The notes beneath the pieces were generated by a model. It ran no database searches, was not told the origin of the DNA, and was given only the letters and a program-made list of their open reading frames with translations. 64,000 nucleotides of DNA from Pseudomonadota bacterium (GTDB taxonomy: Bacteria; Bdellovibrionota_C; UBA2361; SZUA-149; DAOLCO01): contig JAIYCX010000031.1 of the NCBI GenBank assembly GCA_027487795.1, positions 215,291 to 279,290 of the forward strand, read 5' to 3'. The stretch's first letter is position 1. Every line of letters starts with the position of its first letter. Position numbers and translations under genes: made by a program. This document shows positions 58,979 through 64,000 of this stretch, piece after piece.

Positions 58979-59497
58979 TTACTTATAGCTAAGTAATTTA
59001 TTATCTGAGTATAGATTATAATGTAGCTCAGGTTTAGTTCTCGGCTTTTCTCCATCTAATTCAGGTGGAATTATAGGATATCCAAGTGCGACAACCGCTA
59101 GAAGAAGGTTTTTTTTCGACTGTTCTGATACTTTTAAAATTTTTCTAATACTTTCTTGATTTATTAACTTAGGAGCAAGAAATAGCAGTCCCATACTGTC
59201 TAATCTCGAACATAAATATCCTAGCCTATATGAAAGTTCCTCATTGTCGGTACCAATTAAAAAAAGCAATGCAGGTGCGGATCTAATGAGTTCAGGAGCC
59301 TCTATACAAGTAGATAATAAATCCCTTAAATTTAAATCATCAACTAATATAAAACTTAAACTAGTTTCTTCTATGATATTTCCATAACTAGGCAGGCTTA
59401 AAAGATTTAAAATAAAATCTCTTTGCACAACTTGCTGTGAGAAATAACCCGATGAGATGTCAGAGCTTAAGACTGTTATATTAAAATTACTGATCAC
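58979..59497 (-). CDS. Degenerate nitroreductase-like protein
   Basis: FILV...IRSAPALL...IRKILKV...VVALGYP...RTK resembles the nitroreductase fold; FMN-binding RRS absent. Confidence 0.5.
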   Translation of the reverse strand: MISNFNITVLSSDISSGYFSQQVVQRDFILNLLSLPSYGNIIEETSLSFILVDDLNLRDLLSTCIEAPELIRSAPALLFLIGTDNEELSYRLGYLCSRLDSMGLLFLAPKLINQESIRKILKVSEQSKKNLLLAVVALGYPIIPPELDGEKPRTKPELHYNLYSDNKLLSYK

Positions 59498-62400
59498 GTT
59501 TCAAATAGTTTTTTAAAGCAATTCTAGTTGGAGTATTAGCTTTCAATTTAATAAACTCTGATAGTCCTCCTTGAAAAAGAAGATTACCTCCCATTGAAGC
59601 AGGTCCAGGTCCTATTTCAATTATATAATCAGAAGCTAATAAAATATCTAAACTATGTTCTATAATTACTACAGTATTGTCAAATTCTGTAAGTTTTCTG
59701 GCTACTTTTATAAAACGATCAACGTCATGCATATGAAGACCTATTGTAGGCTCATCCATAATATACAAAGTTTGCACAGCTTCTCTTAAACTTAATTCTT
59801 TAACTATTTTTAGCCTTTGAGCTTCTCCACCTGAAAGAGTATGAGAAGGTTGACCTAAACATATATAGCCAATTCCAAGCTGTATTGCATAATCGAGAGC
59901 TCTTCTCAACTTTGGTATTGCCGAGAAAAGATTAAAAGCATCCTCAATAGTCATATTTAAAACTTCTCCAATCGACTTACCGTGGAAAAGTATTTCAAGT
60001 GCCTGATCACAATATCTTAGCCCTGAACAGACCTCACAGCTCGTAACAGAATCTGGAAGAAAACTCATAGGAGTTTTTATATATCCCTTACCACCACATT
60101 CTGGACATTTCCCCTTACCAGTATTGTAAGAAAAATACGAAGATGAAAATCCCTTAGCTTTTGCATCTGGCAGAGTAGAAAACAAATCTCTAATTAAATT
60201 AAATACGCCTAAAAATGACGCAGGAGTACTTGCAGAAGTTTTCCCTATAGGATTTTGATCAATTTCTATTACTCTTTTTAAATTCTCAGTTCCACTAATA
60301 GATTCCCAGGTCTTTGAAAAAAATTGTTCCCTAATTTTTTCGCCTTCAAATTCTTCTATCATTGCCGGTAAAAGAGTACTTCGAACCAGAGAACTCTTAC
60401 CTGCTCCCGAGACGCCAACAACAGTAACAAGGCTATTTTTAGGAATATTAACATCAATTTTATTTAAATTATTAGCTGATGCTCCTTTTAAACTAATAAA
60501 ATCATTAAAAACTTTCTTTTCAGTTTTAATTTTTATGTTATCTCTAGCTTTCAAAGCCTGAGCAGTTATTGATGTCTTAGACTTTAATAAACCTTTAAAG
60601 TCTCCCGAATAAACTAAATTCCCTCCCTGAGTTCCGCCAACTGGACCAATGTCAATAACGTGTTCTGCCTCTCTTATTGTATCCTCGTCATGTTCTACCA
60701 CTACGATAGTATTTCCTAGATCTTTAAGAGCATTTAATGTCGTCATTAATTGAGCATGATCATGTGAATGCAAACCTATACTAGGCTCATCCAAAATATA
60801 GCAAACTCCAGTCAGCGGTGAACCTAAATTTTTAGCAAGTCTTAGTCTTTGAGCTTCTCCTCCGGATAATGTCGAGGCATCTCTATTTAAAACAAGATAA
60901 CCTAAGCCAATACTATCAATTAAAGATAATAAAGAAGTTAATTCTCTTAAAATTGGATTAACTATAGGAAATAAGGACTGTGAAAAAGAATGTTTATCAA
61001 AAAATTTAGATAATTCAGGAGAAGTCATTTGTGTTAGAGAATGAATACTCTGATCACCGATAAATACCGATCTACCAATTTTACTTAATCTAGTTCCTTC
61101 ACAACTATGACAAGTCTTCGATGAAAAATTACCACTGCTTAACATTCCTCTACCATTACAGGTTAAGCACATGCCGCGTTGACTTCTAAAAGAAAAATCT
61201 TGAGGATCTAAGGGTAAAAATCCAGTACCACACTTTGGACACATTCTGGTTAAGCTAAAAACTTCTGGTGCATTCCAAGGATCATCTATAGAAATCTCAA
61301 TAGTTCCACCGGATAAACTAAGAGCTTGTCCTAAAGCTTCCTTTAACAAGAGCGATGACTTTTGAGTTACTTTGATATTACCAACTAATAATGAGATAGA
61401 ATGAAGTTTATGACGATCAAGTTTAGTGGTTTCATCTATTTTTAAAAATTCATTATCAATTCTAGCTTCAAAAATATCCGCTCTAGCTGCGCGCTGGAAA
61501 AGTTCGCTGTAATGTCCTTTTCTCCCAGAGATCATAGGGGCAAAAATATATAATCTATGACCTAAAAATCTATCAACGCAGTCTTTGGTTATCTGATCAA
61601 TATTTGCATTTCCTATTTTTGTTCCGTCATTAGGACATCTTTGTTCTCCTACCTTAGAATATAGTAGTCTTAAATATTGATAAATCTCTGTTACAGTTGC
61701 TAAAGTAGAAATACCCGACGGTGGAGCTGTCTTCTGAGAAACTGCTATCGTTGGTGGTAGGTTCTTTATTAAGTCTACATCAGGACGACTTTCTTGTTGG
61801 ATATACTGCCTTGCATATGGAGATAAGCAGTCTAGAAAACGTCTTTGTCCTTCACTAAATAATATATCAAATGCTAATGTTGACTTACCTGAGCCTGATA
61901 TTCCGGTTATTACTGTAATTTTATTTTCTGGAATAGTAATAGTAATATCTTTTAAATTATGCTCTCTTGCACCGATTATTGATATATCTTTGTTTAATTC
62001 TTTTTTTAGATTTTTCTTTTCTTTTAGATTTTTGTCTTTAAAATCATAGGAAGTCTTTCTTAAAAAAGTTAAAGTATCAGAAACTTTATTTTTATTATTT
62101 AATAGATTACTTAAATAATCTGCATGCAATAACCTGCCACCATTCTTACCACCATCAGGACCTAACTCTACGAACCAGTCCGCTGATTTAATTAAATCCA
62201 AATTATGTTCTACACAAACTACAGTATGTCCCTTTTCTATTAATGCTTTAATACACCTAATTAAATTAGATACATCTGCTGGATGTAAGCCTGTTGTTGG
62301 TTCATCAAGAATAATCAAAGAATTACTTTCAGAAGACGAAAGAAAACTTGCAAGTTTAACTCTTTGAGCTTCTCCACCTGAGAGAGAACTCAAGGGATGT

Positions 62401-64000
62401 CCTAGAGGTAAATACCCTAAACCTAAGTCTAAAAGTGGCTGCAGTAGCTTCTTTATTTTTTTATTTTTACTATCATCGCTTAACTGATCTAAATGACTTA
62501 CAAAATCACTAATTGGTGAATGTAAAATATTTAAAACATTCATCCCTCCTAACATCACACTTAGAATATGATCTTGAAATCTACGTCCCTGACAGCTCTC
62601 ACAAACTATCGTGACATCAGTCAAAAACTGCATCTCAACTTTAATAGATCCATTTCCAGAACAACTAGGACATCGACCTCCATCAACATTAAATGAGAAT
62701 GATGATTTATTTAAACCTAATTTAACAGCAGTATCAGTTTCAGCTAGGTAATCTCTGATAACATCCCATGCTTTAGTATAAGTACCAGGATTAGCTCTAG
62801 TTGTTTTTCCTATTGGAGCTTGATCGATCAGTATAATATTACTGAAACTATTTAAATTTTTTAGAGTGGCGAAATCAGAAACTATCTCACTTGATAAAGT
62901 TTTATTTTCAGAGCCATTATATAAACAGTCTAATACTAAGGAAGACTTTCCGGAACCACTAACACCTGTTACTACCGAAAATTTTCCAACTGGGAAATTA
63001 ACATTAATATTTTTTAAGTTATTTGCTCTGGCGTCTAGTATTTCAAAATTAGATGTTTCTAATTTTATTTTTTTAGTTAATTTTTCTGTATTAGTAATTT
63101 TAGTTTTATCAGTAGGCTTCGCAGCAAAAGATTTAAAGTATACTCCAGTCGGAGTATCAACCTTAGATACATCCTTAGGTAATCCAGAATAAACGACTTC
63201 TCCTCCTCCACTTCCTGACCCAGGCCCTATTTCAATGAGATTATCTGAAGACATGACAACATCTGGATCATGCTCAACGACAACTAATGTATTACCACGA
63301 TCTTTTAACTCTTTAATTGTGCTGATTAGTCTTTCCGTATCTCTTGGATGAAGTCCTATAGTAGGTTCATCTAAAACTAAAGTACTATTTACTAAGTTTG
63401 ATCCCAATAGAGATGTTAAATTTACTCTTTGAAATTCACCTCCTGATAAAGTTTTTGTCTGACGATCAAGAGTTAAATAACTAAGTCCAACAGAATTTAA
63501 ATAACTGAGTCTAGAAATAATCTCATTATGTGCAGTCAAAGTTGTTTTATCTTGTGGAACATTAAGCTCTTTAAAAAAAACTAAATTTTCGTCTAGTGGC
63601 AAGCTCCAAATTTCAGCTAAGGATTTTCCTTTAACTTTATAATTCAAAGAACTTTTAACTAATCTTGTGCCTTCACAAACATTGCAAGTCATCTCAGAAC
63701 GAAATCTTGCCATAAAAATTCTGACGTGCATTTTATGTCTTTTCGACAAAAGAGTATCAAACCAAGGAACTAACCCGATAAAACCGCCCTTAGTTCTATT
63801 CTTTTTCGGTGGTCCTTCTATAATCAAACTGCGTTGAGTTAAGGGCAACTTGCGCCATGGTAACGTAATAGAGATATCGTTTTCTAAACAAAAATCTTTT
63901 AATTTCTTAACGAGTGGCTTACTAATTTCACCTTGCCAAAAACTAATAGCCCCCTCCTGAATCGACAAACTATCATCAGGAATAACTTTTCTTTCATCTA
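59487..64000 (-). CDS. uvrA: Double-length (tandem-fused) excinuclease ABC subunit A, 5'-truncated by the window edge
   Basis: Four LSGGE signatures and three Walker A motifs visible; second module starts GAREHNLK...GISGSGKSTLAFD...EGQRRF; frame open to base 64000. Confidence 0.95.
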   Translation of the reverse strand, partial: DERKVIPDDSLSIQEGAISFWQGEISKPLVKKLKDFCLENDISITLPWRKLPLTQRSLIIEGPPKKNRTKGGFIGLVPWFDTLLSKRHKMHVRIFMARFRSEMTCNVCEGTRLVKSSLNYKVKGKSLAEIWSLPLDENLVFFKELNVPQDKTTLTAHNEIISRLSYLNSVGLSYLTLDRQTKTLSGGEFQRVNLTSLLGSNLVNSTLVLDEPTIGLHPRDTERLISTIKELKDRGNTLVVVEHDPDVVMSSDNLIEIGPGSGSGGGEVVYSGLPKDVSKVDTPTGVYFKSFAAKPTDKTKITNTEKLTKKIKLETSNFEILDARANNLKNINVNFPVGKFSVVTGVSGSGKSSLVLDCLYNGSENKTLSSEIVSDFATLKNLNSFSNIILIDQAPIGKTTRANPGTYTKAWDVIRDYLAETDTAVKLGLNKSSFSFNVDGGRCPSCSGNGSIKVEMQFLTDVTIVCESCQGRRFQDHILSVMLGGMNVLNILHSPISDFVSHLDQLSDDSKNKKIKKLLQPLLDLGLGYLPLGHPLSSLSGGEAQRVKLASFLSSSESNSLIILDEPTTGLHPADVSNLIRCIKALIEKGHTVVCVEHNLDLIKSADWFVELGPDGGKNGGRLLHADYLSNLLNNKNKVSDTLTFLRKTSYDFKDKNLKEKKNLKKELNKDISIIGAREHNLKDITITIPENKITVITGISGSGKSTLAFDILFSEGQRRFLDCLSPYARQYIQQESRPDVDLIKNLPPTIAVSQKTAPPSGISTLATVTEIYQYLRLLYSKVGEQRCPNDGTKIGNANIDQITKDCVDRFLGHRLYIFAPMISGRKGHYSELFQRAARADIFEARIDNEFLKIDETTKLDRHKLHSISLLVGNIKVTQKSSLLLKEALGQALSLSGGTIEISIDDPWNAPEVFSLTRMCPKCGTGFLPLDPQDFSFRSQRGMCLTCNGRGMLSSGNFSSKTCHSCEGTRLSKIGRSVFIGDQSIHSLTQMTSPELSKFFDKHSFSQSLFPIVNPILRELTSLLSLIDSIGLGYLVLNRDASTLSGGEAQRLRLAKNLGSPLTGVCYILDEPSIGLHSHDHAQLMTTLNALKDLGNTIVVVEHDEDTIREAEHVIDIGPVGGTQGGNLVYSGDFKGLLKSKTSITAQALKARDNIKIKTEKKVFNDFISLKGASANNLNKIDVNIPKNSLVTVVGVSGAGKSSLVRSTLLPAMIEEFEGEKIREQFFSKTWESISGTENLKRVIEIDQNPIGKTSASTPASFLGVFNLIRDLFSTLPDAKAKGFSSSYFSYNTGKGKCPECGGKGYIKTPMSFLPDSVTSCEVCSGLRYCDQALEILFHGKSIGEVLNMTIEDAFNLFSAIPKLRRALDYAIQLGIGYICLGQPSHTLSGGEAQRLKIVKELSLREAVQTLYIMDEPTIGLHMHDVDRFIKVARKLTEFDNTVVIIEHSLDILLASDYIIEIGPGPASMGGNLLFQGGLSEFIKLKANTPTRIALKNYLKRDQ

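Noticed and set aside
1932-63192. Short ORF-track entries antisense to or nested in clear genes (e.g. 1932-2282, 7154-7456, 10550-10894, 30277-30609, 46475-46801, 62866-63192)
   Set aside because: Shadow frames of well-supported genes, with no motifs.
1-64000. CRISPR array, rRNA, transposase/integrase or prophage genes
   Set aside because: No spaced direct repeats, rRNA-like segments or recognisable mobile-element proteins seen by eye.

Overview
AT-rich bacterial chromosome segment from a diderm (lpxD, ampG, ppiD-like genes). The gene mix (NtrC-type activator, HDOD protein, MCP, DUF4911-like protein, double-length UvrA, Tad pilus) suggests a Bdellovibrionota/deltaproteobacteria-like lineage; this is inference only. 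Most of the window is housekeeping: serC, ychF, accBC, rpmG (missed by the ORF track), SRP RNA-dnaX-recR, three tRNA-Ser, aspartokinase, tRNA deaminase, lpxD, dcd, thiD, DAHP synthase, xseAB, def-fmt-plsY, ampG, glutamine synthetase and uvrA. There is also a wzt-wzm-GT4-GT4-GT-C glycan cluster. The standout is a roughly 11 kb co-oriented locus (41223-52018, minus strand). It joins a reduced Tad/Flp pilus set (cpaE-flp-cpaB-cpaF-tadB-tadC, with no secretin or prepilin peptidase here) to a response regulator with a PilB/GspE-N-like domain, a hybrid kinase, an exported single-pass J-domain protein and a divergent FliA-like sigma factor. A sensor-less, possibly ChpT-like kinase lies nearby. Other signals: a complete -1 frameshift cassette in dnaX, a fungal Hom3-like aspartokinase, sigma28-like promoters, and two structured 5' leaders. 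No CRISPR array, rRNA, transposase or integrase was seen.
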